A stretch of DNA of 64,000 bases from a virus. The notes under the pieces were generated by a model. The model saw only the letters and a list, made by a program, of their open reading frames with translations, did no database searches and was not told the origin of the DNA. Made by a program: the position numbers and the translations under genes. The stretch covers positions 35,995-99,994 of the IMG/VR virus record IMGVR_UViG_3300049911_000129; one strand, written 5' to 3'. Positions 38,064 to 47,680 of the stretch are shown here, one piece after another; position 1 is the stretch's first letter; the number at the start of each line of letters is the position of its first letter.

Positions 38064-38942
38064 ATGCCGATCGACCCTGCGGACATCGCGCACCTCACCA
38101 TATACCCAGGCGTGCAGGAGATAGCGCAGAGCCTCGAGGCGGTGCTCGGCGCGTCGTACGAGGGCCTGCTGTCGGAGATAGTCGAGGGCTGGCGCAAGCT
38201 GGGCCCGGACCTCACCCCGAACACGGCGCGCGAGGTCATCTCCGAGAAGCTGCTGATGTGGCCGGAACTGACGGCCGGCGCCTACGCCGACCTGATAGAC
38301 AACATCTTCTACGCCGGGTTCATGGTAGGGGTGGTCGACACCGGCGTGAGGATCGCGCCGGACCACGGGGACGCCATGGCCCTGGAGTGGATCAAGAGCA
38401 ACCCGAACGGCTTCGTGCCGGCGCTCCGGCGCTTCGCCGAGGACGAGCGGAGGTTCTTCGAGGACGTGCTGAGGGACGCGTACGCCGGGGTCGACCGCGA
38501 GGGCAAGGTCCGGCCGTTCAGCTTCCGGAGCATGATCGCGAGGGTCCAGGAGCGCACCGGCGCGGCGAGGTCGGCCGTCGAGCTGGTCGTGCGGACGGAG
38601 ACGGCGAAGGTGACCTCGCTCGGGCGGGTGGCGGCCTGGGCCAACGACGCCGACAGGTACCTCTACGACTACCACTGGGTCGCGACGCACGACGAGCGGA
38701 CGAAGGACGTATCGCTCCTCTTCGAGCGCGACGGCCCGTACGAGTTCGACGGGATCAAGAAGCGGTGGACCGAGGACCACAACAAGCCGTGGCCGGTGGT
38801 CAATAGGCACACCAACAGGCTGGAGTACCAGACATCGGCCTACAACTGCCGCTGCACGGCCGCGCGGACGCCCAAGTCGCCGGAGCGGATGCTCGAGCAG
38901 GGGCTCATAACGCGCGAGCAGTACGAGGCGATGGTCGCGTGA
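38064..38942 (+). CDS. MuF/SPP1 gp7-like head morphogenesis protein
   Basis: VRTET, WVATHDERT, YNCRC. Confidence 0.85.
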   Translation: MPIDPADIAHLTIYPGVQEIAQSLEAVLGASYEGLLSEIVEGWRKLGPDLTPNTAREVISEKLLMWPELTAGAYADLIDNIFYAGFMVGVVDTGVRIAPDHGDAMALEWIKSNPNGFVPALRRFAEDERRFFEDVLRDAYAGVDREGKVRPFSFRSMIARVQERTGAARSAVELVVRTETAKVTSLGRVAAWANDADRYLYDYHWVATHDERTKDVSLLFERDGPYEFDGIKKRWTEDHNKPWPVVNRHTNRLEYQTSAYNCRCTAARTPKSPERMLEQGLITREQYEAMVA

Positions 38943-38982
38943 CGGGTATTATACTGGTGAGACTGAGAGGGGGTTTGCATAC

Positions 38983-40281
38983 GTGGCTATAATCTGGACT
39001 GACGAGAAGAAGCGCCTGCTTGCCGGGTGCGTGACCAACGAGCTCCTGATGGCCAACTTCCCCGGCTACAGGTTGGAGTACCTCAAGGAGGAGCGGTCGC
39101 GCGCCAGGGCGGCGATCAAGATAGCGGGAGGCGACCTAGTCGAATACTCGCACGGCCGGGGTAAGTCCTACGAGCCCGGTGAGTTGGTGGAGGCCGCGAT
39201 CAAGGCCGAGCAGGAGCGCCAGCACAACAGGGAGATGATCCGCCAGCTGACGCAGATGCAGCGGACCGAGGCCAAGAGGCAGGAGTACATCAGCATGATC
39301 CGCGAGTGCCTCCAGCCGTTCGAGCCCACGCCGCTTCTGCCGCTCTTCGACGGAGTGGCACGCGACCCGGCCACGCACAAGCCGATCCACCGGTGGGTGC
39401 TCGACCTGTCCGACTGGCACCTGGGGCAGCGGACGCCGATCCAGAGCACGGGCGGGATCTACGAGCAGACAACGGAGATCGTCCGCTGGCAGGTTCAGCA
39501 GCTGATAAGCGCCGCGCGCTCCATCTTCGACGTCGAGGTGAAGGGGCAGACGATCGAGGAGATTCTGGTCGTATTCAACGGCGACCTGCACGAGAACGAT
39601 AGCATGCGCCCGGGCCAGGCGGCCAAGATAGATCTGCTGGTGACGCAGCAGGTCGTAGAGGTGTTCGACCTGGCGAGTTACGTCCTGAGGGAGCTGCTCA
39701 CGTTCCCCGGCGTCAAGCGCATCGAGGTGCACAACGTCGGCGGCAACCACGACAGGACGAGCCCCAAGCGCGGCGACGCCGGGCTCGGCGAGCTGGACTA
39801 CGTGGACACGTACGCCTGGCTGATCGGCGAGTTCCTGTCGCGTGCGTTCGAGGCCGAGCCTCGGCTGACGGTCAAGAATTGGGCGACGTACTACGGCTAC
39901 ACCGAGTTCGCCGGCCGCAAGATCATATTCGAGCACGGCTCGTCGTTCAAGGGCGGAGCCGGAAGCTACGGCGGCATTCCGTGGTACCCGATAGTCAACT
40001 CGGCGCGCATGCTCACCGACATGCTCGGCGGCGGGGACCTGGTGCTGTTCGGGCACGTCCACCAGCCGGCCATCCTGCCCATCAGGCAGGACTCCTGGGT
40101 GGTGATCAACGGCGCGCTGCCGGCCACGTCGACGTACCTGCAGTCGACCTACAAGGCGCTGCGGACGCCGACGCAGTGGCTGCTCGACCTACACGAGGAG
40201 CACGGGGTGACCGACTTCAGGCCGCTATACGCGAGGCCAGCGTCGCTGGAGCGCCCCGGCGCGATCTGGAAGAGGGGATGA
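38983..40281 (+). CDS. calcineurin-like metallophosphoesterase
   Basis: SDWH, GDLHE, GNHD, EHG, GHVH. Confidence 0.85.
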   Translation: MAIIWTDEKKRLLAGCVTNELLMANFPGYRLEYLKEERSRARAAIKIAGGDLVEYSHGRGKSYEPGELVEAAIKAEQERQHNREMIRQLTQMQRTEAKRQEYISMIRECLQPFEPTPLLPLFDGVARDPATHKPIHRWVLDLSDWHLGQRTPIQSTGGIYEQTTEIVRWQVQQLISAARSIFDVEVKGQTIEEILVVFNGDLHENDSMRPGQAAKIDLLVTQQVVEVFDLASYVLRELLTFPGVKRIEVHNVGGNHDRTSPKRGDAGLGELDYVDTYAWLIGEFLSRAFEAEPRLTVKNWATYYGYTEFAGRKIIFEHGSSFKGGAGSYGGIPWYPIVNSARMLTDMLGGGDLVLFGHVHQPAILPIRQDSWVVINGALPATSTYLQSTYKALRTPTQWLLDLHEEHGVTDFRPLYARPASLERPGAIWKRG

Positions 40282-40550
40282 CGAAGAAGGGATTCACGAA
40301 GGAGCAGAAGGCCTACTACAACTACCTGCGGAGGCGGCTGACCGCCGGCGAGGCCGGCCAACGCATAAGCATGGGCGCGGTCTTCATAGCGTCCAACAGA
40401 CTATCGGCCCTCCTGAAGGAGAGGCTGGGGGCGGCCGGCGAGGGCGGGGTCGCGGAGGTGACGGACGAGATGAAGGCGCTGTGCGACCTGCTGTACATCG
40501 ACATGGCGAAGTACGTCATGCAGGACGGGGAAGGCGATGCCCAGCTTTGA
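40278..40550 (+). CDS. hypothetical protein
   Basis: ATGA overlap. Confidence 0.6.
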   Translation: MTKKGFTKEQKAYYNYLRRRLTAGEAGQRISMGAVFIASNRLSALLKERLGAAGEGGVAEVTDEMKALCDLLYIDMAKYVMQDGEGDAQL

Positions 40551-40986
40551 GGATAGGCTCAGGCGCGCGATGGTCCGCGGACTGCAGGACGCTGGCGAGA
40601 AGATCTTCACGGACTCGGATCGCACGGTCCCGGTCGACACCGGTGAGCTTAAGAAGAGCGGCGTGTTCAGGCGCCTACCTGACGGGTTCGAGATCGCTTA
40701 CAGGTCGGGTCATGCCGTCCCGGTGCACTTCGGCGTCCCGGCGCACGACGAGTGGGTCCGGCGCCACTGGGTCCGGCAGCACAGGATGCGCATCAGGCCC
40801 AGGTCGACAATGGTCGCGCGCCGCCGGACGGTGAATGTCGCCGGGCACCTCAGGGGTCCGTTCAGCAGGCATATGAATGACCGCGCGGCGCGGCCGTGGC
40901 TGCAGGACGCGGTCGACAGGGTCTATCCGGACATCGGGCGGTACATCAAGAGGCGTATCGTGCTCGAGTTCGGAGGGAGTTCGTAG
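40537..40986 (+). CDS. HK97 gp10-like neck/tail-completion protein
   Basis: VPVDTGELKKS, VHFG, ARPWL. Confidence 0.7.
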   Translation: MPSFEDRLRRAMVRGLQDAGEKIFTDSDRTVPVDTGELKKSGVFRRLPDGFEIAYRSGHAVPVHFGVPAHDEWVRRHWVRQHRMRIRPRSTMVARRRTVNVAGHLRGPFSRHMNDRAARPWLQDAVDRVYPDIGRYIKRRIVLEFGGSS

Positions 40987-40988
40987 CG

Positions 40989-41180
40989 ATGACGAGGGTA
41001 TACGACAAGGCCATCAGGCTGGCCCGCGGGCGCGCGTTCGCGCTCGCCGCGGCGGTGCAGAAGTACACAGTGCCGGTCGAGAGTGGCCCGCGGAAGAAGA
41101 CGCTCCGGCGCGTAAACCCGCTCAACACGCCTGACGACGCGGGCGCGAGCTACGGCAGCAACTACGGGGTCGTCTCTTGA
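40989..41180 (+). CDS. small hypothetical protein
   Basis: GGAG RBS. Confidence 0.5.
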   Translation: MTRVYDKAIRLARGRAFALAAAVQKYTVPVESGPRKKTLRRVNPLNTPDDAGASYGSNYGVVS

Positions 41181-41680
41181 CGCTCATCGCGCTCGACCTG
41201 TCGACGAAGAAGGTCGCGATAGCCGCGTTCGACGGCGAGGCCACCGTCCCGCGGCTGATAGAGGTCGTTGCCGGCGGCGCGCATGCAGTCGATAGGTTCG
41301 ATGCGCTCATGACGAACTTCCGCAACCGGCTCGGGCAGCTCACTCCGGTGGGGCGCGCCTTCATCGAGGACATTTCGTTCGTCAGGGGCCGCCGCGCGGA
41401 GCTCGACCTAGCGAAGGTGCTCGGCGGCGTGATGGCGCACTTGGTAGACGCCGGGATCCCGTACGTGACGGTCAACAACATGGTCTGGAAGCGCGACCTC
41501 GGGCTAGGCGGGCGGGCATCCAAGTCTGACATCGCCGAGTACGTCGCCGGACACTGGTCCGGCTTGAAGATACCGAGCCAAGACACGGCGGACGCGCTCT
41601 GCGTGCTCGAATGGGGTATCATACAATATAGGAAGGGCATATTCGATGGGCAAGAACTCGCAGAGGCGCAGGGCGGCTAA
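41177..41680 (+). CDS. RuvC-like Holliday junction resolvase
   Basis: IALDLS, FIED, WK, ASK, DTADA. Confidence 0.85.
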   Translation: MTLIALDLSTKKVAIAAFDGEATVPRLIEVVAGGAHAVDRFDALMTNFRNRLGQLTPVGRAFIEDISFVRGRRAELDLAKVLGGVMAHLVDAGIPYVTVNNMVWKRDLGLGGRASKSDIAEYVAGHWSGLKIPSQDTADALCVLEWGIIQYRKGIFDGQELAEAQGG

Positions 41681-41897
41681 GGCCGCGAGGCCAAGGGGCT
41701 CGGCTGGCCGCGTACCGGGGGAGATGTCGCGCAGGATCCGCAGGGCGATGACACTCGCCCTCGCCAACTCGATCAGGAGGGCGATGCGGACGCAGAGACC
41801 GACAGAGGAGGTCGTCGATGGCGACGAAGGCGAAGACGCAGGAGCGGCCGTCAGCGGTCAGGATCATTGCGCCGATCCATCTGAACAAAGTGATTGA
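41646..41897 (+). CDS. small basic hypothetical protein
   Basis: fills gap between RuvC and next gene; overlaps both. Confidence 0.4.
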   Translation: MGKNSQRRRAAKAARPRGSAGRVPGEMSRRIRRAMTLALANSIRRAMRTQRPTEEVVDGDEGEDAGAAVSGQDHCADPSEQSD

Positions 41898-42063
41898 GCG
41901 CGACAGGTTCTTCTTGTTCGTTGCGGATCTTCTGACGGATCTGGTGGGGCACACCGAGCGGTACGTCGTCGTTTCGCAGTCGCCTGCCGGGCTGGAGATA
42001 GCTCTCGCTAACCACGAGTACGACGCGCGGCATCCGCGCGGGGGAGGGGGCGCCGGTGCCTGA
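41818..42063 (+). CDS. hypothetical protein
   Basis: GAGGAGG RBS. Confidence 0.55.
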   Translation: MATKAKTQERPSAVRIIAPIHLNKVIERDRFFLFVADLLTDLVGHTERYVVVSQSPAGLEIALANHEYDARHPRGGGGAGA

Positions 42064-42460
42064 CGAAGAGGGGCCGGGGACGGACGACGAGTTCGACAGG
42101 TTGCTGGACATGTTCTTCGACCTGTTCAGGGCGTGCCCGGATGCGAAGGAGCGCGCGGACGGTATCGCGGAGCAGGAGTACGGCGAGGTCTTGCACCAGT
42201 TCGCGCACCGGATCATGATGCTAGGGGCGGTAGACCTCAGCCGCTGCGACATATCGACGCCAGTCCTGGGGGTCGTCTTCGCGGCAGGCTACGTGAAGCG
42301 GGCGATCGAGGACGCGGCGGGACAGGCACAGGACGCGGAGGGCCAGGCACCGGACATAGAGCTGACGAGTTCGGGGCCGGCCATGAGCCTGGACGCCATA
42401 AGGCAGCTGATGGGGCAGACAGGGGAGTCCGATGACGAAGAAGTACAGTCCGAGGGATAA
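42056..42460 (+). CDS. hypothetical acidic protein
   Basis: 134 aa ORF. Confidence 0.6.
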   Translation: MPDEEGPGTDDEFDRLLDMFFDLFRACPDAKERADGIAEQEYGEVLHQFAHRIMMLGAVDLSRCDISTPVLGVVFAAGYVKRAIEDAAGQAQDAEGQAPDIELTSSGPAMSLDAIRQLMGQTGESDDEEVQSEG

Positions 42461-42767
42461 CATCGTCCTGCTGGAGGTCGTGCGCCCCGGCGAGGAGATC
42501 GTTGGCGGTGGGATACTCATCCCTGACTCGGCGCAGGAGGTCTCGGCCGTCGGTCTGGTGCTGGCGCGGGGACCCGACGCGTACGAGGCGATCAAGCCCG
42601 GGAGGAAGGTCCTGTTTCAGCCGTACCTGGCGGAGCAGGCGTGGGACGAGGACGGCAGGCGGCTCGTCTTCGTGCTCGACGACAACATCTACGCTTGCTT
42701 GGCGTACGACGGCACCGGCCCGATCCCGGACACCCTGCCGGGGGAGCTGCTGAGCGAGGGAACGTAG
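42432..42767 (+). CDS. GroES-like co-chaperonin 2
   Basis: PRDNIVL, GGILIPDSAQE, GLVLARGP, KPGRKVLF, NIYA. Confidence 0.85.
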   Translation: MTKKYSPRDNIVLLEVVRPGEEIVGGGILIPDSAQEVSAVGLVLARGPDAYEAIKPGRKVLFQPYLAEQAWDEDGRRLVFVLDDNIYACLAYDGTGPIPDTLPGELLSEGT

Positions 42768-42769
42768 CG

Positions 42770-43114
42770 GTGCAGGTCGAGCTGGCGGCGTTCCTGGGAG
42801 TCTTCGCGGCGGCGTGCGCGGTCAACCAGATCTCGCACCTGCTGCTCAACGGCAGCCTGTTCATTTGGCTGCGCCATTGGGCGACCAACCCGGGCAGGGA
42901 GGGTCCGTTCGCGGCCTATACGCGCGGCCTCTTCGGCTGCCGGCTGTGCTTCGCGCAGGAGGTGGCCGCCGTCGTGACGTGGGCGACGCTCGCGCTGGCG
43001 TACTCCGTGGATCCGGGCATGACACCGTGGCAGGGCTGGCTGGGCGCGGCGGTCTTCGGGCCGTTCGCGGTCGGCGGGATAGACTGGCTACTGAACGCTT
43101 GCAGGGAGACGTAG
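42770..43114 (+). CDS. membrane protein (DUF1360-like)
   Basis: TM helices, F.WLR, LFGCRLC. Confidence 0.6.
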   Translation: MQVELAAFLGVFAAACAVNQISHLLLNGSLFIWLRHWATNPGREGPFAAYTRGLFGCRLCFAQEVAAVVTWATLALAYSVDPGMTPWQGWLGAAVFGPFAVGGIDWLLNACRET

Positions 43115-43115
43115 A

Positions 43116-43397
43116 ATGAACCCACTACCATCTGGCGCGCTAGGCCTACCGGTACTGGTGACGTGGCGGGACTCGGCCGAGTACAAGCTCGAGTGGCGGT
43201 CGCAGGACGCGCTGCACGACATGACGCTTGCGACCATCGAGACCGTCGGGTTCCTGGTCTTGGTGCGCGGCGCCGGCGATCAGCAGGACTCCATCGTCTT
43301 GGCCTCCGACCGCGACGGGCACGGCGACTGGAAGAACTTCACCGTCATCCCGGCCGAGAGCATTGTGGGGCTGCGTGTGCTGGAGACCAGGGACTGA
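43116..43397 (+). CDS. conserved phage protein
   Basis: VLVTWRDS...TVGFL...IVLAS...IP. Confidence 0.7.
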   Translation: MNPLPSGALGLPVLVTWRDSAEYKLEWRSQDALHDMTLATIETVGFLVLVRGAGDQQDSIVLASDRDGHGDWKNFTVIPAESIVGLRVLETRD

Positions 43398-43400
43398 ACG

Positions 43401-43712
43401 TTGGAGCGTAACCTAGTCAGGTTCAAGAGGGACGGCCGCATAGTCGGCCGGATAGACGCGGACGGGGTTCTGCACTGGACGGACTTCGAGTCGATGCAGC
43501 AGTTCTGCGCGCAGATGCTGACCGGGAGCATGCTCGAGTCTATGCGGCGCGGGCCGGTGACCGAGGTCGTGGCGACGGCGGCCTTCGAGATAGACTTTCG
43601 ATCCGTGGGCGTCGCCGGCGACGGCTCGAAGGCAAGCGTCTCGATCGGGTTCGACGTGGAGGACAGGGTGGAGCTTCCGCGGCCGGAGGAGGTCGCCGAT
43701 GCCGATCTATGA
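43401..43712 (+). CDS. hypothetical protein
   Basis: 103 aa ORF. Confidence 0.55.
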   Translation: MERNLVRFKRDGRIVGRIDADGVLHWTDFESMQQFCAQMLTGSMLESMRRGPVTEVVATAAFEIDFRSVGVAGDGSKASVSIGFDVEDRVELPRPEEVADADL

Positions 43713-43893
43713 CTTCAGGTGTGAGATCTGCCACCATGTATTCGACAAGCTGACGGCGTGGGATGTCAAGCGGGTTGCGTGTCCGGAGTGTCATGGTGTG
43801 TCCGTGCGCATGCCGGTGCCGACTTCGCCGCCGGTGGCCATCTTCAAGGCCGGGGGATTCACGCGCTCTAGCACGAACGGTGGGCGGCGGTGA
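43699..43893 (+). CDS. FmdB-family Zn-ribbon protein
   Basis: MPIYDFRCEICHHVF...CPECHG...FK.GGF. Confidence 0.85.
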   Translation: MPIYDFRCEICHHVFDKLTAWDVKRVACPECHGVSVRMPVPTSPPVAIFKAGGFTRSSTNGGRR

Positions 43894-44783
43894 CCGAGGA
43901 CCGCGAGCCGTACGAGTCGTATGAGGCCCTGGCGCGCGGGCCCATGGAGGGCACCGGGTACTTCAACTGCCCGGTGTGCACATACATGAAGCAGGCGCGT
44001 GGGCCCGATGTCCAGATCCTGTTGGATCGGCGCCACTCGCTGTCGAGGCCGCCGGGGTCGGGTATGGTGACGGCCGTGACGCGCAAGCACATGCCGGTCG
44101 ACCTGGATCCCGCGAGGGCGCGCGCCGAGGAGCTGTTGGTTCTGTACGCCGAGAAGCACCGGCTGCCTGGCATGCTGGACGGGCGTCCGGCGCAGGGGCT
44201 GTATTCGCACTGGCGCGCGTGCTGGGTGCCGATCAACAACCTGGCCATCCCCACGTTTCCGCACGAGCTGGCGGGCATGATGGCCTACGAGACGCAGCAG
44301 GCCGTGGAGTGGTTCCATGACCGGTCGCACGTGCTGGTCGGGGATTCGACCGTCCGCTCGATACCGGACGACGAGGTTGACGAGCGCATAGCCGGGATGC
44401 AGTACGCGATAGACAAGGAGGTCATGAGGATCGACCACGGTGGTGTCATATCTGACTACGTGGACCCCGAGACGATGGTCGGCTACGGGACGTTCCACGA
44501 CTGGTACGGGGCGGCGGCGGGCGAGGAGGGCGCGACGCTTAGGTACGACCTGGCTGCGATGCCGCGCGAGAGGCAGAGGGCGCTGGTCGAGCGGTGGGAG
44601 AGGGCCCACCTAGACTTCCTGGCGGCGCACCAGGACATCGGGTACGACCGGGACTACGGGTACCTTAGGCGGCCGTTCAGGGTCTTCGACCGGCCACCGG
44701 TCGTTAAGCAGACGCCGACGGTCTCGATGTGGCCGGACGCGGCGCGGTGGACCATCTACGGGACCGGCGATCTGGAGTACTGA
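43890..44783 (+). CDS. hypothetical protein
   Basis: 297 aa, GTGA overlap. Confidence 0.7.
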   Translation: MTEDREPYESYEALARGPMEGTGYFNCPVCTYMKQARGPDVQILLDRRHSLSRPPGSGMVTAVTRKHMPVDLDPARARAEELLVLYAEKHRLPGMLDGRPAQGLYSHWRACWVPINNLAIPTFPHELAGMMAYETQQAVEWFHDRSHVLVGDSTVRSIPDDEVDERIAGMQYAIDKEVMRIDHGGVISDYVDPETMVGYGTFHDWYGAAAGEEGATLRYDLAAMPRERQRALVERWERAHLDFLAAHQDIGYDRDYGYLRRPFRVFDRPPVVKQTPTVSMWPDAARWTIYGTGDLEY

Positions 44784-44785
44784 GC

Positions 44786-44974
44786 ATGCGTAAAGATCTT
44801 CGACAGCGGGCGGCGCGGGTGCGCCACGCGCTGTTCGGGCACGGGACGGTAGTCGCGTACCCACCATCGACTGGATCCGCCCTCGGGGTGTTCCTCGAAG
44901 GGGCGCTGTTCTGCCGGTGCGGACATCGGCTCGGGTGGTGGGACGCCGACGGGGGCTGGCACAAGACTAAGTGA
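44786..44974 (+). CDS. small hypothetical protein
   Basis: LFGH...CRCG. Confidence 0.45.
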   Translation: MRKDLRQRAARVRHALFGHGTVVAYPPSTGSALGVFLEGALFCRCGHRLGWWDADGGWHKTK

Positions 44975-44990
44975 GAAGGAGGCGACGGGA

Positions 44991-45791
44991 ATGCCACGTT
45001 ACGAAGAGCTAGACAATCACCTCGGGCGCACGGTCAGGGCGATCACGCTCGACGGCAAGCGGATAGAGGGCGAGCTGCAGTCGGTCGCGCACCTAGACGC
45101 CGACGACGCGCTCACCATCGGCAACACAAACATCCGCCTCGGCAAGCTTCAGCAGCTGTTCGTGCTGGAGGACGGGGGGAAGTTCAGGCTGTGGCCTCCG
45201 TACGACGCCAATGTTGGCGACATCGCGGATCCGGAGCCGGCCGAGGTCCAGTTCGACCCCGCGCTCTACGACAAGGCCGTCTCGCTGGTGGGCCACGAGG
45301 TGATCGTGTCCGTTGGGACCGATGTCATCTCCGGCATACTGGAGGCGATAAGCTCCGAGACCGACACGCACGGTCCCTCCATGCACATCAGCCGGGGGGA
45401 GGACCAGCCGACAGTAACCGTCAGGCTCGGGGCCGTGACGAGGATCGGCTGCCCGGATGACGACGAGGTCAAGCCGCCGCCTTTGACGGCGGACGAGCTC
45501 GAGCGCGCCATCCTCCCCGGGGCAGACGACTACCCGTTCGCCGGGAAGGCTAAGCGGAAGGCCAGCATCGAGAAGATAGCCGCTTCGGTCATCAAGGTGA
45601 GCAACGAGTACGACGAGCCGATCATCGCCACCATGGCGGCCGCGGCGGGGTTCTACGGCCTCGACGAGACCGCGGTGAGTGCGGTCCAGGCGTTCATCGC
45701 CAGGGCGCAGGGGGCGGCAGAGGAGGCGCAGTACCCGGCCGATGCGACGGTCGATCCGGAGGACGGCGGGCTGCTCGCTCCACCGGCGTAG
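44991..45791 (+). CDS. hypothetical protein with two Sm-like segments
   Basis: LGRTV...LDGKRIEGELQSV and LVGHEV...DVISGILEAI. Confidence 0.65.
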   Translation: MPRYEELDNHLGRTVRAITLDGKRIEGELQSVAHLDADDALTIGNTNIRLGKLQQLFVLEDGGKFRLWPPYDANVGDIADPEPAEVQFDPALYDKAVSLVGHEVIVSVGTDVISGILEAISSETDTHGPSMHISRGEDQPTVTVRLGAVTRIGCPDDDEVKPPPLTADELERAILPGADDYPFAGKAKRKASIEKIAASVIKVSNEYDEPIIATMAAAAGFYGLDETAVSAVQAFIARAQGAAEEAQYPADATVDPEDGGLLAPPA

Positions 45792-45859
45792 GTTTCCATG
45801 CGCCGCGCGATCTGATACTATTGCAGTGCGGCCGCGGATAGGCCGACTGGAGGGGGCTT

Positions 45860-46255
45860 ATGAGCGTCAACAAGTGTATTGAGCTGCTTAAGGCGGCTGC
45901 CGTGGATGCGGCGCCTGGCAGGACCGCTGACGAGACGGCGACTTCGCTGTGTCTCGCGGCCGAGGTGCACAAGGCGGCGGCCGATGGGCTGACGTCCGAG
46001 GTGCTGCTCGATATGAGGTCCACCCGGTGGTCGAGCCTGACAAAGGCCATCGAGGGGGGCTTCCAGCATCTCATCTCGGTGGACAACGGCGCCGTCTACG
46101 CCGAGCTCTGGGCCAAGGGCGACAACTGGTACGCGGTGACCGGCGCGGGGATCAACCTGATAGACGGCGTCCGCAAGGGCATGAACGCGATCGACGCCAC
46201 GCCGCTCTTCCTGAAGGCGGTCTTCGGCAAGCGGGGGAAGGGCTGCTGCGGATAG
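45860..46255 (+). CDS. hypothetical protein
   Basis: GGAGG RBS. Confidence 0.65.
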   Translation: MSVNKCIELLKAAAVDAAPGRTADETATSLCLAAEVHKAAADGLTSEVLLDMRSTRWSSLTKAIEGGFQHLISVDNGAVYAELWAKGDNWYAVTGAGINLIDGVRKGMNAIDATPLFLKAVFGKRGKGCCG

Positions 46256-46788
46256 TGGGCGAGCCAGTCTGTGTACTGAGCTGCGGGGCCGGCGTATACG
46301 AGATAGCCGACGGGCTGTTTCAGTCGCCGGGGCCCGAGACCGAGGCGGACTGGGTCGCGCTGTGGGCGCTCGCCGACATACTGGTGGATCTCAACGGCGC
46401 GCGCGGGTACGACGTGCCGACCAACAGGATGCTGGTGCGGTGGCCGATCGAGGACGGGCCGCTCCCGGACCTCGACGTGCTGAGGCCGCTGGCCGAGCTG
46501 CTTTCCAGGCTGATGGAGGCCGGGCTGAGGGTGGCGGTGTTCTGCGGTGCTGGGTCCAACAGGGCGGGCCTGGTATGCGCGCTGGTCGCACGGGAGCTAA
46601 GCGGAGTCAGTGGTAGGCGCGCCGCCGACCACGTGCGGGCGCTGAGGCCAGGTGCGCTGATCAACGGAACGTTCAACGCATACCTGCATGCGCTGCCCAG
46701 GCTGGAGGAAGAGTTCTACCACGAGACACGCGGGCCAGAGCAGGCCGCGGAGATAAAGGGGCTGCTGAGCCCCGAGGAGAGCGACTGA
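46255..46788 (+). CDS. dual-specificity/PTP-like phosphatase
   Basis: WPIEDG loop; VFCGAGSNRAG (CX5R); VRALRPGA. Confidence 0.85.
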   Translation: MGEPVCVLSCGAGVYEIADGLFQSPGPETEADWVALWALADILVDLNGARGYDVPTNRMLVRWPIEDGPLPDLDVLRPLAELLSRLMEAGLRVAVFCGAGSNRAGLVCALVARELSGVSGRRAADHVRALRPGALINGTFNAYLHALPRLEEEFYHETRGPEQAAEIKGLLSPEESD

Positions 46789-46789
46789 C

Positions 46790-47458
46790 ATGATTAGCTT
46801 CTTGAGGCGTGCGCTCGCGAAGGCTAAGAAGGAGACAGAGGAGACCGGCACCACGTTCGAGGACCTGTGGGAGCCGGGCGACTCGGTCGAGCCGACCGAC
46901 AGCATCTACACCGACGAGACGGAGGACCCTGACGAGGAGTACGCCGAGGTCCACGACGTGGGCGACATCGACGTCGCCGGTAAGGTGCCGGAGGTGGTCA
47001 AGAAGGGCGGCCTGGCGGGGGACATCTTCGAGACCATCCGCGACCTGAAGGAGGCCCAGGCGTCGCTCGCCGAGATCGGCGACTCTCTGGACAACGTGGG
47101 GAAGGCGGCCGCGTGCAAGTCGTGCGGCGGCAGGGTCTCCGGCACGCAGAGGCAGCTGTACCGGCGCCTGATGGCGCAGCGCGGATGGACGCCCGAGAGC
47201 CACCGCGGCTTCTGGTCGAAGATCTCGTCCGGCCTCGAGAAGGACGGCCCTGGTGGGCATAGGGCGTGCGTCGGGCGCATGGAGGGCAAGGTCGACGACC
47301 CGCATGCGTTCTGCGCGTGGGCCGAGGCCGAGTCCACGGGCCAGTGGCCGTCGGAGAAGAAGAGGCTCGATCGCGCGGTGCGCAACGTGCGCAAGGCGTC
47401 GGCCGAGGTCTCGAGGCGCGCCACCGAGCTGAGGAAGGCCACAGGGCGCGGGGAGTAG
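46790..47458 (+). CDS. hypothetical acidic protein, possibly virion-associated
   Basis: GGAG RBS; C...KVDDPHAFCA motif. Confidence 0.65.
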   Translation: MISFLRRALAKAKKETEETGTTFEDLWEPGDSVEPTDSIYTDETEDPDEEYAEVHDVGDIDVAGKVPEVVKKGGLAGDIFETIRDLKEAQASLAEIGDSLDNVGKAAACKSCGGRVSGTQRQLYRRLMAQRGWTPESHRGFWSKISSGLEKDGPGGHRACVGRMEGKVDDPHAFCAWAEAESTGQWPSEKKRLDRAVRNVRKASAEVSRRATELRKATGRGE

Positions 47459-47491
47459 AGCCGCCCCGGCGCTCGCGGAACCGCCGCGGCG

Positions 47492-47500
47492 TGGTATAAT
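47492..47500 (+). promoter_or_regulatory. extended -10 promoter TGGTATAAT
   Basis: Same GGTA(T/C)AAT box at 10489, 22330, 51155, 53726, 57759. Confidence 0.65.
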
Positions 47501-47503
47501 AAG

Positions 47504-47680
47504 GATGACGCATTGGCAGGGAGGCCAGGGTAAGGGGGCGAGGGCGAAGGACTACTGGTCCTACCTAGTAGCCGTGCCGAAGAGGCACAGGCCCTCCCTG
47601 CGGGCATTCTAGTGCAAAACGGGTAGCTGACCCGATGTAGCCCCCCGCAGGTGTCCAGACGGTCTTCCGTCATCGCCCCT
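47504..47680 (+). ncRNA. candidate structured RNA / 5' leader
   Basis: ORF-free gap after TATAAT; stems GATGACG/CGTCATC, GCAGGGAG/CTCCCTGC, CTACTGG/CTAGTAG, GTGCC/GGCAC, CGGGT/ACCCG. Confidence 0.5.

Noticed and set aside
36036-38810. Long minus-strand ORFs (924 aa here; also 25351-27012, 59715-61430, 18832-20271 and others)
   Set aside because: Antisense shadows of strong + strand genes in high-GC DNA, with no motifs
47544-47680. tmRNA (GGGGGCGA start, TAGT-GCA-AAA resume-like text)
   Set aside because: Too short, no T-loop or CCA end, no G3:U70, and tag would not end in Ala-Ala
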